Positions 1 to 12,165 are shown, numbered from the stretch's first letter. The stretch is 64,000 nucleotides of DNA from Octopus sinensis (GCF_006345805.1 NC_043011.1:26362464-26426463), one strand, 5' to 3'. Notes: a model not told the origin generated them from the sequence alone. Made by a program: numbers and translations.

Positions 1-97
1 CTATCCACATAAGAATCTCAGATGACGAATTTTGGGAATATATCATATTCTTATGTATGTATGTATGTATGTATGTATGTATGTATGTATGTATGTA

Positions 98-516
98 TAC
101 TCTTACTATTTTACTTGTTTCAGTCATTTGACTGTGGCCATGCCGGAGCACCGCCTTTTAGCCGAGCAAATCGACGCCAGGACTTATTCTTTGGAAGCCT
201 AATACTTATTCTATCGGTTTCTTTTGCCGAACCGCTAAGTTACGGGGACGTAAACACACCAGTATCGGTTGTCAAGCGATACTGAAGGACAAACAGAGAC
301 ACAAAAATACACACACACACAACACACACACACACATATACATACCTATATACGACGGGCTTCTTTCAGTTTCCGTCTACCAAATCCACTCACAAGGCTT
401 TGGTCGGCCCGAGGCTATAGTGGAAGACACTTGCCCAAGGTGCCACGCAGTGGGACTGAACCCGGAACCATGTGGTTGGTAAGCAAGCTACTTACCACAC
501 AGCCACTCCTACGCCT
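98..516 (-). mobile_element. tRNA-derived SINE family A, full length
   Basis: Minus strand reads GGCGTAGGAGTGGCTGTGTGG (A box)...GGTTCAGTCCC (B box), a central CA/TA microsatellite and a GACTGAAACAAGTAAAA tail; near-identical copies recur throughout the window. Confidence 0.9.
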
Positions 517-548
517 ACATGTATGTAAGTATGTATGTTGTATGTATG

Positions 549-577
<29 letters not shown>

Positions 578-579
<2 letters not shown>

Positions 580-1062
580 GAGGTGGTATCAAACGGTTCC
601 TGGACAAGTTATGTTCAATAAAATATAACTTATTTACCTAAGTTTTAACGTCATCTCCTTCGAAATCGTCACCTTGCGCAGCAACACACCGGTGCCAGTG
701 TCTCTGCCAGTTTTGGAATCCGTTTTGGAAGTCGTTTTCCGTAAGCGAGTCGAGGACCTTCTGCGATTCGCACTTGATCTCGACAATAGTGTTAGAACGG
801 CGATCTTTGAGCTGCATTTTCATCTTGGGGAAGAGACGGAAGTCCACAGGTACTAAATCTGGTGAGTAGGGTGGGTGTGGAAGCGATACCATGTTGTTTT
901 GGACGAGAAACTCGCGAATGAGGAGAGCTCGTTGACAGGGTGCATTATCGTCGTGAAGAATTGAATTCTTCGCGCTCTACAGATCCGGTCGCTTTCACCG
1001 AATGTCCTCCCTCAAATGCTTCAAAACGTTGTAGAAGAACTCTCGATTGACGGTCTGGTCCT
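578..1062 (-). mobile_element. mariner transposon 3' fragment (transposase C-terminus plus TIR)
   Basis: Minus translation gives LHDDNAP...MVSLPHPPYSPDLVPVDFRLFPKMK (mariner HDNA and YSPDL motifs); TIR-like GAGGTGGTATCAAACGGTTCC at about 580; same family as 56408-57907. Confidence 0.9.
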
Positions 1063-1185
1063 TAGGCGCAGGAGTGGCTGTGTGGTAAGTAGCTTGCATA
1101 CGAACCAGATGGTTCCGGGTTCAGTCCCACTGCGTGGTACCTTGGGCAAGTGTCTTCTACAATAGCCTCGGGCCAACCAAAGTCT
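1063..1185 (+). mobile_element. SINE A 5' fragment abutting the mariner fragment
   Basis: TAGGCGCAGGAGTGGCTGTGTGG head, truncated after GGGCCAACCAAAG. Confidence 0.85.
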
Positions 1186-1204
1186 TTATTTATCTATTTA
1201 TCTC

Positions 1205-1351
<147 letters not shown>

Positions 1352-1471
1352 TCTTTATGTATATGTCGAAGTGATTGCTGAGTAAGGTGAGACAAAGTGT
1401 TTTGCTGAGAAACACAACGCACAACGGAAATTGAGAACAAAATCTCGCGATCATGAGTGCAACATTTTAAC

Positions 1472-1655
1472 CAGCACTGTCGTAAGGCTTAGGCACACTG
1501 GGCAATTGCGCAATTGCTCGGGGGCCCTCATAGGTCTAGGAGCCCGGTTCCGATCTGTGTATGTTGTGACTTACTGTAAATAAATCAATATTATAGTGAC
1601 CAGTGCATTGATTTACCTGGGTTGAGCCTATAAATCTGCTGCTAAGACAGCCCTG
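1472..1655. mobile_element. Old MITE-like element family M1 (copy 1)
   Basis: Imperfect TIRs CAGCACTGTCGTAAG / GCTAAGACAGCCCTG; internal motifs (cacactgggca, aataaat, cagtgcattgatttacc) shared with 10416-10576 and 26846-27013. Confidence 0.55.
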
Positions 1656-1984
1656 ACTCTAACCATTAGGCCACACACATTCGTGATTCTATTGATCCTG
1701 CGTGTGTCTGAGGCAACAAACACACGCCAACATCACTTCATTCGGAAGATGAGACAATTATGGTCAAGAACTGCCGATGCTTAAATTTTGGAACTTTACT
1801 ATTCCAAAAAAAAAAACTGCAGGGAATTCAAAAGAAAGTGTATAAAAAAAATTTGATGAATACGAGAAAAAGTAGGGCAGAGTCGTGTTTTCAATACAAC
1901 GCACGTGCGCGCGCGGATGGAGATAAACACACGCTGTATAGACAGTTCAACATCATCATTACTTTGCCACCTTACCAGTAACCA

Positions 1985-2600
1985 CGCTTATCATAACCCT
2001 CATCAACATTTCCAGCATCACCACCACCACCACCACCATCAGTCATCGTAATCATCATCAGTGTCACCACTAGCATCGTCGTCATCGTCGTTGTCATCAT
2101 CATCACTGTTATTATCATCATTGTCGTTATCGTCGTCGTTATCAGCATCATAATCGTCATCCGTACAAGAACCATGGTGACGACAGCAATGATGAGGATG
2201 AACGTGGCAGTGATGGTGTCGGCGACGGCGGCGGTGGTGGGGATTGTGGTGGTGGTGGTGGTAAAAGTGGTGGTTGCGGCGGTGGCGGCAGTGGCGGCGG
2301 TGGCAACGGTGGCGGTGGTGGTTTTAAAAATAACGACCGTGATGATGGTGGACGAAGGGGGATAAAAGAGGGGGCGAGGAATAACATAAATAATAATAAT
2401 AAAAGACGTTTGAGGCGTAGCAAAATAGACGAGGAACAAGAGCTCGGTGCGGGAAGGGAAGATGAAGGGGACAAAAAACGAAAAAAGGGAAAAAGATGAA
2501 GAAGGAAAAGAAAAAGAAAAAGAAAAAGCATAACAATAACAACAACGACAGCAATGTCACCTCCTTCACCACCGACAACAACATCGTTAACATCAACAGG
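1985..2600. repeat. Mixed trinucleotide low-complexity tract (CAT/CAC/GTC/GGT/GGC)
   Basis: Successive triplet runs giving poly-T/V/P/M ORFs on both strands. Confidence 0.85.
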
Positions 2601-3124
2601 CACTACTGTATAACATGAGAAACAATGAGGACCTTTTGCGCAATCGTTCGACCTGCTAGAAACAATAACCAAATACCCCTCAAATTACACCCAAATGTTT
2701 TGGTTCTTGATGTTTAAAATGACTGCTGGGATTACCTTTTATAAGGGCTGACCCCGAGCTAAACAACAACAGCAAGAACTGCAACTGTACAACGTGGGTC
2801 CCGTCAATTTACATTCATTCTTTAAATACGGAAATATGAAGACCTTCGCTTCTTGGTTGTATACCTTTTTAATGGAAGACCCAGAATTTTTTTTAAAATC
2901 CCCCAAAAAATCTAACCCATGCTCACGAGTCAACTTCGACGAACCTTTGGAATCAGTACATAGAAAGTGAAAAATGATTTTCTATGAATAAGGCATACTC
3001 GCGTTGCGGAAAGTAATGCACCTTTGAAATTTTGCCGTAACGTGTTACATAGGTGTCAATGAATATGGATATCAACTAGAAAATGTTTCGTATTACAGAA
3101 CTCGCAATGGAAAAATTCCCGAAA

Positions 3125-3368
3125 TAGGCGCAGGAGAGGCTGTGTGGTAAGTAGTTTGCTTCCCAACCACATGGTTTTGGGTTCAGTCACATAGTGTGGT
3201 ACCTTGACCAAGTGTTGTCAACTACAGCCTCGGGCTGACCAAAGCCATGTGAGTAGATTTGGTAAAAGGAAACTGAAGAAAGCCCGTCGTATGTGTGTGG
3301 TCGTGTGTGTGTGTGTGTTTGTACCCCCACTATCGCTTTACAACCGATGTCGGTGTGTTTACGTCTCC
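3125..3368 (+). mobile_element. SINE A, 3'-truncated and diverged
   Basis: TAGGCGCAGGAGAGGCTGTGTGG head and body similar to other copies. Confidence 0.85.
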
Positions 3369-3502
3369 TTCAAAATTTCAACCCTCGTGGCTATTGTAAA
3401 AAGGATTTTTTTTGATAAACATAGAATCCTTGATTTTTTTTATTTTGCTTTTTCTTTTACTTTTTTCCACTTTATGTCATCGTAAATAATATGTTGATAG
3501 TA

Positions 3503-3660
3503 TACGAAGGGGTGCTTAAAAGTTCCTAGCTTTAAGGGTATCGTGAAAGGCCTGGTTGGAGGGCCAACCCTCCGAGTTCTTTTACAGGGCTTACAAAAAC
3601 TGAAGGACCACTGCAATAAGTGAGTGAATCTGAGAGAGGAATACGTTGAATAAAACCATA
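3503..3660 (+). mobile_element. mariner-derived MITE family M2, truncated
   Basis: TIR TACGAAGGGGTGCTTAAAAGTTCCTAGCTT; interior encodes a mariner C-terminal remnant (DHCNK.VNL..EYVE*). Confidence 0.75.
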
Positions 3661-3678
3661 ATATATATATATATATAT

Positions 3679-3878
3679 AGTTACTCCAAACATGAACAAA
3701 GAGAAAACACAACAACGCGAAGACGTGGAACAAGTATAGTGTTATTGGACGCTCAGGAAAGGAAAGGAAGAAGGAGAACTTAACGTTTCGAGCGGAACTC
3801 TTCGTCAGAAACATAGAAAAAAGAAAGGTTCAAGAAAGGGAAGACGGAGAAAGAAAATCGCCAACGATACACACGCGG

Positions 3879-3880
<2 letters not shown>
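3679..3880 (-). mobile_element. Short hammerhead-bearing repeat family H1 (Penelope-like pLTR fragment)
   Basis: Homologous to 30500-30760, 30270-30382 and 36940-37030; pyrimidine tract, hammerhead core, about 100-nt tail ending in (TA)n. Confidence 0.7.
3777..3812 (-). ncRNA. Minimal type I hammerhead ribozyme candidate (dimer-type)
   Basis: GUUU-CUGACGA-A-GAGU(UCC)GCUC-GAAAC-GUU-AAGU: core motifs, 4-bp stem II, loopless palindromic stem III (ACGU), stem I GUUU/AAGU. Folded by eye. Confidence 0.55.
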
Positions 3881-3921
<41 letters not shown>

Positions 3922-3924
<3 letters not shown>

Positions 3925-4150
3925 GGGGGAGTGTTGAAAAGTGTCTGGCTTTAAGGGTATCACGAAAGGCCTGGTTGTAAATGCGACCATCCGAGTTCTT
4001 TTACCGGGTTCAGAAAAAAACTGAAGGACCGCTGCAATAAGTGTGTGAATTTGAGAGTGAGAGGGGAATATGCTGAGTGAAATCATAATTAACTGGTCTT
4101 CTTGTATTTTCTTTTGCCCAAAGCCAGGAACTTTTCAACATCCCCTCATA
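3922..4150 (+). mobile_element. mariner-derived MITE family M2, complete
   Basis: TIRs TATGGGGGAGTGTTGAAAAGTGTCTGGCTT / AAGCCAGGAACTTTTCAACATCCCCTCATA, TA flanks. Confidence 0.8.
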
Positions 4151-5639
4151 TAATAACTCAATCACTATCGCAATGTTCTTTCCAGAGCCATTTACTGTGT
4201 ATGTGTTGAAGTAATGGTGATTACTAAGAAAGAAACAAGGGTGGACGTATTATGAATGGGGCGCAACTGTACAAAAGCAAAGACTATCAAGTCTAGAATA
4301 TTTTTCAGTGACAGCCACATTGGCATTTCAGAAATATGACAACTGCATCAGGTGCATTAATGAAATGTTCTCCGTGGATCCGGGAATTTTTATCTGAATA
4401 GATTTTCCAAATTTAAATAGATTTATCTGCCATTGAGTAGTTGATGGTTTTGAGATAGTTTCCGCGCGCACGGCGTGTAACACAGTTTACGTTTTGCTTG
4501 CATAAGCAGTGTCATTGATGAAAATGGCGGTGTTGAGGTTGGATAAGCAGAGAACTTTTGTTTTAGTGTGTAAGATATAATATATCTTCCATTTCCCCTA
4601 TGTGGTCCATGGGGAAATGTAAAAGGAAAAATATCAGAAATAGGCCATTGCAAAATAAAACAAAAAATAGTTGCTGGCTCCTGTTCTTATGAATACTTAA
4701 AACACCAGTGACTTCACATGAAGGTCTTGTAGGGGTGAGTTGTATCAGTATCATTCAACTACAGTAGTTGTTGAATAATATTTTTAAGGCTGCAATTTAC
4801 TCACACGCAGCACCTCCCGATCTTTGTCGCTAGTTCAGTTCTTAACCAAATTGAAAACTGTTAACATTTGGTCTGGTCCCTAGCTACATTTTGGCTTTAA
4901 AAAATTGAGATTTGGTCCAGTAGAAAAAAGTTTAGATCAAAATTTATAGCAACGTTATAAGAGAGTAAGTTATGCCTCCAATCAAGTTTAGATCTAAATA
5001 ACTTTTTTTATTTTAAAAGCAAAATATATTTATCTTAGCTTCAATGATAGAAGAAAGCACGAGGAATTTCATAGTCTTGATCCCATGCAACAAAGATTTG
5101 TATCAAAAAAGTTGTGAAGAAGAATATAAATAAGGCAAAAAATTGGATTTAAGTATAATTAACTATTTTATTTTAAAAACAAACTATATTTTAATAAGGC
5201 TTAAATGATAGAGCTCAAGTCGAGGAATTTCATGGTATCAATCAATGAATCTTTAAAGGAGAAAAGTTATGAGTGTTTGTTTCTCAAAGTTGCGGGTGGT
5301 AACATAGTTCTATACATTTTAAGGAATATAGTTCTATAAGGGGGCTTTTAATATATGTCACCGGCATCATTGAAGTAAGGTAAAAAAGATTATCAAAGAC
5401 ACCACTAATTTAACATCAACTGTGTATTTTTACATGTATATGTGTATATGTGCAATATTTGGATTTCAAGATTGCTTGCCAACAGAGAAAGAGCCGGTTT
5501 GTAACTTAGACCCAAGGTTTCTTCAATTGCGGGCTATTTTAGTATGTAAATGTACAGAGCATGTGCATGTGCAGATTTGTGTGTTTTGTTTTACGTATTC
5601 TCGTGCATACAGTTGCACGTCTAGACATGCGCATATATG

Positions 5640-6258
5640 GTAAATTTCTGGAAAGTTTTACAAATTTTCAAAGTTCCAGTGATGGCTTGGATCTGTAGTT
5701 TTCCAATCAGTTTTTCCCTTTCTGGTTTTGAGAAGCCTAAATGTTCTCCTTTCTAGTTTTGGGAAGCCTAATTTCTCAGGATTAGTTCTTAAGCAATGTG
5801 TTACATATCCAGTGCCCCGATAATTACAGGTATAATCCTGAACTTGTATTCGGGTAGAGTAACTGCAGAGTTCTCAATAGTTCAGTGTAGGTGTTTTCTT
5901 TTTCACTAATCTTTAGCTTTATGTTAACATCTTCTGGGCTGCTGATTTCTACTATTGTACACAGTTTCTCTTTTCTGTCCCAAATCATTATGTCTGGTCT
6001 ATTACGTTTACATTACATTAAGATTTTCACTGGGACATTCCACCAGTATTCTTTATTATGTGTTGATATAGCCTCTACGATATTGTGGTTTCTTATTTCT
6101 TTGCCCTTCCGACAGATCCCATCATACAGTGTCTTGGTAATAACATCATGTTTCATCGGTAGATGATACCGTGATGACATTGTTGGACAGCTGCTTACGA
6201 TGTGAGTGATACCTTCTATGATAACTCTACAAAGTCTGCATCGGTTATCACATTTTGG
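5640..6258 (-). pseudogene. RLE-type (R2/R4/NeSL-like) non-LTR retrotransposon 3' ORF fragment
   Basis: CRLC...THIVSSC (CCHC knuckle) followed by RPDIMIWD...CTIVEIS (PD-(D/E)xK restriction-like endonuclease); stops and frameshifts; homologous to 46740-47140. Confidence 0.85.
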
Positions 6259-6836
6259 TATATGTATGTATGTATGCATGTATGTATGTATGTATGTATG
6301 TATGTATGTATGTATGTATGCATGTATGTATGTATGCATGCATGTATGTACGTATGCATGTATGTATGTATGCATATATGTATGTATGCATGCATGCATA
6401 TATGTATGTATGTATTTATGTATGTATGTATGTAGTATGTATGTATGTATGTATGTATGTATGTATGTATGCATGTATGCATGTATGTATGCATATATGT
6501 ATGTATGTATGTTGTGCACTGGTGTGTATACGATACGGTTGTATCTTGGTCAGATGTGCAACAAATGGTGTATACATAACCAATACAATGTTGCTTCTGT
6601 TGTCTTCGGAGTTGCTTCTGTTGCTTAACCCCAGCTCAACTGTTATTGGGTGCACCTACAATCATATGTCGCATTTTGCAGAAATGTATTCATTCCGGCT
6701 CTCTTCTTTCTGAGTTCAAATACCGCCGACGTCAACAACTTTGTTTTTCATCCCTTCGGGATTGATTCCATAAAGTACCAAGCCAATACCTAATAAGTCG
6801 ATACCTCTCCATCTGTCCGTCTGTCTCTGTTGTCTG

Positions 6837-6876
<40 letters not shown>

Positions 6877-6963
6877 TGTGTGTGTCTTTCAGTTGTAGTC
6901 AGACCTAAAAAGAGAAGGATCTCATCATATCCACATACGCAAGACACACTGTATATATATATA

Positions 6964-7180
6964 TACGAGGGGGTGCTGAAAATTTCCTGGCTTTGGGTAA
7001 ATGAAAACACAGGAGGATCAGTTAATTATAATTGTATTCAACATAATCCCCACTCAGATTTACACACTTATTGCAGCAGTCTTCATTTTTTTCTAAGTCC
7101 TGTAAAAGAACTCAGAATGTTGGACCTCCAAGGGCCTTTCATGATACCCTTAAGCCAAGAACTTTTCAGCACCCCGCCCC

Positions 7181-7184
<4 letters not shown>
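6964..7184 (-). mobile_element. mariner-derived MITE family M2, complete
   Basis: TIR TACGAGGGGGTGCTGAAAATTTCCTGGCTT at left and AAGCCAAGAACTTTTCAGCACCCC at right. Confidence 0.8.
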
Positions 7185-7232
<48 letters not shown>

Positions 7233-7292
7233 TACATACATACATACATACATACATACATTCATACATACATACATACATACATACATACA

Positions 7293-7328
<36 letters not shown>

Positions 7329-7330
7329 TA

Positions 7331-7696
7331 TCACCTTGACCGACCAGTCCGTCGAGCGTCCATTTGACACCGCTGGTCACAGCACGCTGTCCACTCCTCT
7401 CTGGCTCGCGCCTTTCTCATCCACGTGATCCCAATCGTCCTCCTGAAATCGTAACTCCACCGTTGTGGAGGTCTTCCGGGTGGTCGTTTCCGCTCGCGCG
7501 GGTACCACTCGACAACTGCGCGGATCCACCGATTATCGGAGAGCCGGGCGACGTGTCCAGCCCAGCTAAACTTGCCGCGTGTATACTCTGCGATGACATC
7601 CCTCACGCCGGACTTCTTTCTGATGATCTCGCTACTGATGTGCTCTCTCAACGAGATACTAAGCATTGACCTTTCCATGGCTCTTTGAACTCCTGA
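7331..7696 (-). mobile_element. RTE-clade LINE 3' terminal fragment, uninterrupted reading frame
   Basis: QRAMERSMLSISLREHI...SWAGHVARLSDNRWIRAVVEWYPRERKRPPGRPPQRW, typical RTE C-terminal region; both ends in microsatellite. Confidence 0.9.
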
Positions 7697-7705
7697 TATA
7701 TATAT

Positions 7706-7768
<63 letters not shown>

Positions 7769-8280
7769 CATGATGCATGTCCACGGCCTCATTAACAGTT
7801 GAGAGGCCAATGCAAAAATATTGTAATACATGCAAAAAACAACATGTAATAGCGTATGTAGATGGGCGATGGGCCGAAGATCCGTTGTATAATACTTGAT
7901 TAGAGGGCCTAGGGCGTTCTGCAAAATCAAAGGCTACATCGGGCCGCACATACTCAAACTACGCCACTACATTCCATTACTCAGTATAGTCCTTAGGATA
8001 TGACAGTGCTAACGTCACGTGATTTGAGGCAGATTTGGCTACTATTTCTAGGAACTCCTTTTCTGGCACGTGTTGATGATAAAAGGGAGTGAAAAGATGA
8101 TTGAACATCGATAGCGGCCGATCAAATTTCAACAACTTACTAACCACATTTCCGTTATGTCGTCCGGTGGGAGGTGTAAGTTTGCCCCAGATTAAATGAT
8201 TACTGGGGAATGATTTGACTTCACATACCAGCTTGTATTTTAACCACTCGCATCCGCCCAGCCTCTTATTCTATGTAATA

Positions 8281-8320
<40 letters not shown>

Positions 8321-8348
8321 CATATGTTTGTGTGTGTGCGCGCACTCG

Positions 8349-8391
<43 letters not shown>

Positions 8392-8422
8392 GCTCTCGCT
8401 CTCTCTCTCTGTCTTTCGCTTA

Positions 8423-8464
<42 letters not shown>

Positions 8465-8808
8465 GCATTTGTTAACGTGAAGAAAACAGAAAGTGTGTTC
8501 CAATTGCTTGTGAATGCACGTATACATAGATATGTATATTTACATAATCATACACATAATATGCGTGTGTTGTGTAAGTATGTGTGTATCCAGAAGTATG
8601 TATGTCTATATGTATATATATATATATATGTGTGTGTATGTGTGTATGTATGTATGTATGTATGTATGTATGTATGTATGTATGTATGTATGTATGTATG
8701 TATGTATGTTGTATGTATGTATGTATGTATGTATGTATGTATGTATGTATGTATGTATGTATGTATGTATGTATGTATATATGTATCAACCATATAAAGG
8801 CATGATGA

Positions 8809-9186
8809 TATTGGTATCACATTTATTATCCAGATACGATCGTTTCAATAACAGGTGGGATAGAAAGTAATCAACATGGAGGAACAAATATAAACAATGA
8901 TTGTGTAATTTCATCTGATATTAGATTAAACTCAACCAATCATTTCATTTCAAGACCTTCAAACGATGTATTACACTTGAACATGGATAAGCACGTTTAT
9001 AAATGCAATCACTGAGAGGGGTTTACAAATATTATATCGTTCGGGGGTCATGAAATGACAGCTAGGGTTTCATTTAATATTACATGAAACTATATAATCG
9101 TTGTCTATATTTGCTTCAACGTGCTGAATGATGTATCAAAGCTGTTATTGAAACGATCGTAACCGAATAATTATGTGATACAAATA
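8809..9186. repeat. Element bounded by about 45-bp imperfect inverted repeats
   Basis: TATTGGTATCAC...GATACGATCGTTTCAATAACAG (8809-8853) versus CTGTTATTGAAACGATCGTAAC...GTGATACAAATA (9142-9186). Confidence 0.75.
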
Positions 9187-9214
9187 TATTCATTCCTTTA
9201 TTTGTTTTATGTTA

Positions 9215-9636
9215 TACTCTCTTTACTCTTTTACTCTTTTACTTGTTTCAGTCCTTTGACTGTGGCCATGCTGGAGCACCGCCTTTAGTCGAGCGACTCG
9301 ACCCCGGGACTTATTCTTTTTTTGTAAGCCCAGTACTTATTCTATCGGTCTATTTTGCCGAACCGCTAAGTAACGGGGACATAAACACACCAGCATCGGT
9401 TGTCAAGCAATGCTAGGGGGACAAACACAGACACACAAGCAAACACACATACATATATATACACATATATACAACAGGCTTCTTTCAGTTTCCGTCTACC
9501 AAATCCACTCACAAGGCATTGGTCGGCCCGGGGCTATAGCAGAAGACACTTGCCCAAGATGCCACGCAGTGGGACTGAACCCGGAACCATGTGGTTGGTT
9601 AGCAAGCTACTTACCACACAGCCACTCCTGCGCCTA
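9215..9636 (-). mobile_element. SINE A, full length
   Basis: Complete head, body and (TACTCTTT)n tail. Confidence 0.92.
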
Positions 9637-10149
9637 TACTCTGTGATTGATGTAAATTTCTTAAAGTCTAAACACGTAGAAGGTGTTGAAATCAAACCAT
9701 GTAGCAAGTATGAACGAAAGTTATACACCACTTAAAAAATTCTTACCAGGTATTGAAAAGAAAACATGTGGGATTTTATTATCAAGGGCAAACCCCGAAA
9801 CCGATTAAAATACATTACATATGCAAATGACAAGTCGTGTAGCAAAAAAGCCAGTTAAAACTAACCTGAATATGTCAAAGACAGTCCATGTAGCAGATAT
9901 CAAACAAACACCTTGCAAATCCCTACGAAAAAAACATTATAGATTTGATTGGCTGCCCATGTGGCAGACACCGAATAACAAATACTTGAATCACATAAAA
10001 GCTCAAAACCACTTTACAAAAACCGTTGTGAAAAATCAGGACAAACCATGTTGCAATGATTTTGTTTTGCCTTTCATTGTAAAGCATGTTGCCAGTACCA
10101 AAGACAAAATTTGGAACCAATGTCAAAATCTATAGAATAGGCGCTAAGT

Positions 10150-10405
10150 TTTGACCATGGAGCAGATGACAAAGTATCGATCACAGAGTTGTAGTCGAGT
10201 ATTTTCCATGGAGCCTATGTCATATGTTAACCATGGCGTAGCTGCCAAATTTTAACCAGGGAACAGGTACCAAATATCAATCATGGAGCAGATGCTAAAT
10301 ATTAACGATGGAACAGACACCAAAGGTAAACCATGGAGCCAGCATCAAATATTCACTGTGGGACAAGTTTCGTATATTTACCATAGTGCAAGAGCCAAAG
10401 ACAAG
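10150..10405. repeat. Highly diverged 25-bp minisatellite (degenerate relics extend about 9690-10800)
   Basis: CCATGG-like anchors at 10206, 10231, 10256, 10281, 10306, 10331, 10356, 10381 (exact 25-nt spacing); consensus about AACCATGGAGCAGATGCCAAATATT. Confidence 0.8.
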
Positions 10406-10415
10406 CCCACGTGGT

Positions 10416-10576
10416 CCGGGCCGCTTTAAAGCATCGGCTCACTAGGCAGTTGTCCGGAGCCCCCCGGTGTCTGGGAGCTCAATTATGTATATTGTGGCTT
10501 GATGTCAATAAATAAATACACTTGGGTCCAGTGCACTGAATTGCCCTACGGTCTATCATACTGCTAGGACATCCCT
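10416..10576. mobile_element. MITE-like family M1 (copy 2), interrupting the 25-bp array
   Basis: Similarity to 1472-1655 and 26846-27013. Confidence 0.5.
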
Positions 10577-10869
10577 ACATGTGAATTACAGTCAAACCAT
10601 GTAGCAGATGCAAAAATCTTAACCTGTTGCATATGATGAAGTTAAACTCTGTGATTTAACATGTAGCAAAGTTGAACCAAGCAGCTGGCTCTGGAAAATA
10701 ACTATTTAACAACTACCCAAAAATTCATCATATAGCAAGTGGCCACCAAAGCTAATCATGTAATTAGCAAGTGCCAGATGCCAAAATAAAATTTCTTGTA
10801 GAGAAAGTACTTAACCAAGAACATAATGAAAAAAAAACCGGCAAGGATTTGTTGCTGTGTCCTTGAATT

Positions 10870-11222
10870 TATGGTTGAAACACGTCACATCACGAGTAAA
10901 TACTAACGAGCCTATGACGATACCTCTATGTGGACATACGGGTTACTTGAAATAGTAACCAATTCTCCCTCTAATTTTTAAATAAGAATCGTGATGGTTA
11001 CGGCTGATCAAAGCTTTAGTCGTGATGCTAGATCTGCTCGGTTACAATGAAAGACTCTTTAGAAATACCAGCCAAAACACTCTCAAACTGCACCCTTCCG
11101 TTTTAAATAAAGACGGAATTATTAAACCGTGTAGTTTCTTACACAGAAGAAAGATGGCTTGAACGCTTTTGATTACAGGTTTGCTCGATCAAGGCTGATC
11201 TGGGCGCTAAACAACAACAACA
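10870..11222 (+). mobile_element. Old SINE-like repeat family C with (AAC)n tail
   Basis: Motif (T)AGAAATA(G/C)CAGCCAAA also near 2655, 8030 (rc), 18385 (rc), 43230 and 59420 (rc); tail CTAAACAACAACAAC also near 2760. Confidence 0.45.
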
Positions 11223-11689
11223 GCCATATCAAATATAGTCATAACAACAACAATATGAATATCAACAATGTCTATATGTCGCACATTCACGCACGCTTAT
11301 ATACACACACAGGCGTGCCTACAACACGACACAATCCAAACATACACGTGTAAACTCAACATAGATTTCACCGCAGTCGCGTACATGGAAACGTACATAG
11401 ACACATGCTCACACATAACCAAAGAAATAGATACGACAGTGAGAAGAACTGAAAGATGTCTCGTATATCTTACTATCGGTTGTAAATGTTTAGATCCTAG
11501 AGAAAGGAGAACATTAGGTATTCATGCCTTTTCTCCTGATATTAGAGCGATTTAAATGATGGAGAAATGATTACGACATGGCATCGGAACTAGTTGGCGA
11601 AGAATTTACAGGTCTGTTAAGGTACCGTAAGGTAAACTTCGTACATGCATACATAGATATACATACACATGAGTACAAATACATAGGCA

Positions 11690-11908
11690 ATACACTCACA
11701 CAAACACAAGCACAGACATATATATATATATATATATATATTCACATGTATGTGTACATGCAACCTCGCGTACATATACATAGATACGCAAACATGCGTA
11801 CGTACATACATACGTACATACATACATACATACTTACATGTGTTTGCATATATATAAATGTACGTATGTATTTGTGTCTACATACATGCAAAAGACAAGT
11901 AGAGAGAC

Positions 11909-11979
<71 letters not shown>

Positions 11980-11985
11980 TAGATT

Positions 11986-12055
<70 letters not shown>

Positions 12056-12109
12056 GTGATGAAGAGAGAGAAATAGAGAGTGATGTGTATGTGTGTGTGT
12101 GCATACATG

Positions 12110-12165
<56 letters not shown>

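Noticed and set aside
1972-2672. Poly-Thr/Pro/Met ORFs; likewise 23124-23551, 43197-43652, 55181-56009, 57817-58629, 60291-60603
   Set aside because: Triplet-repeat low complexity open on several frames and both strands, with no domain or splice support.
6202-6628. Long ORFs such as MYVCMYVC..., HTYIHTYI..., YIYIYI..., LSLSLS... here and across the window
   Set aside because: They are translations of stop-free microsatellites (TATG, CA, TA, CT).
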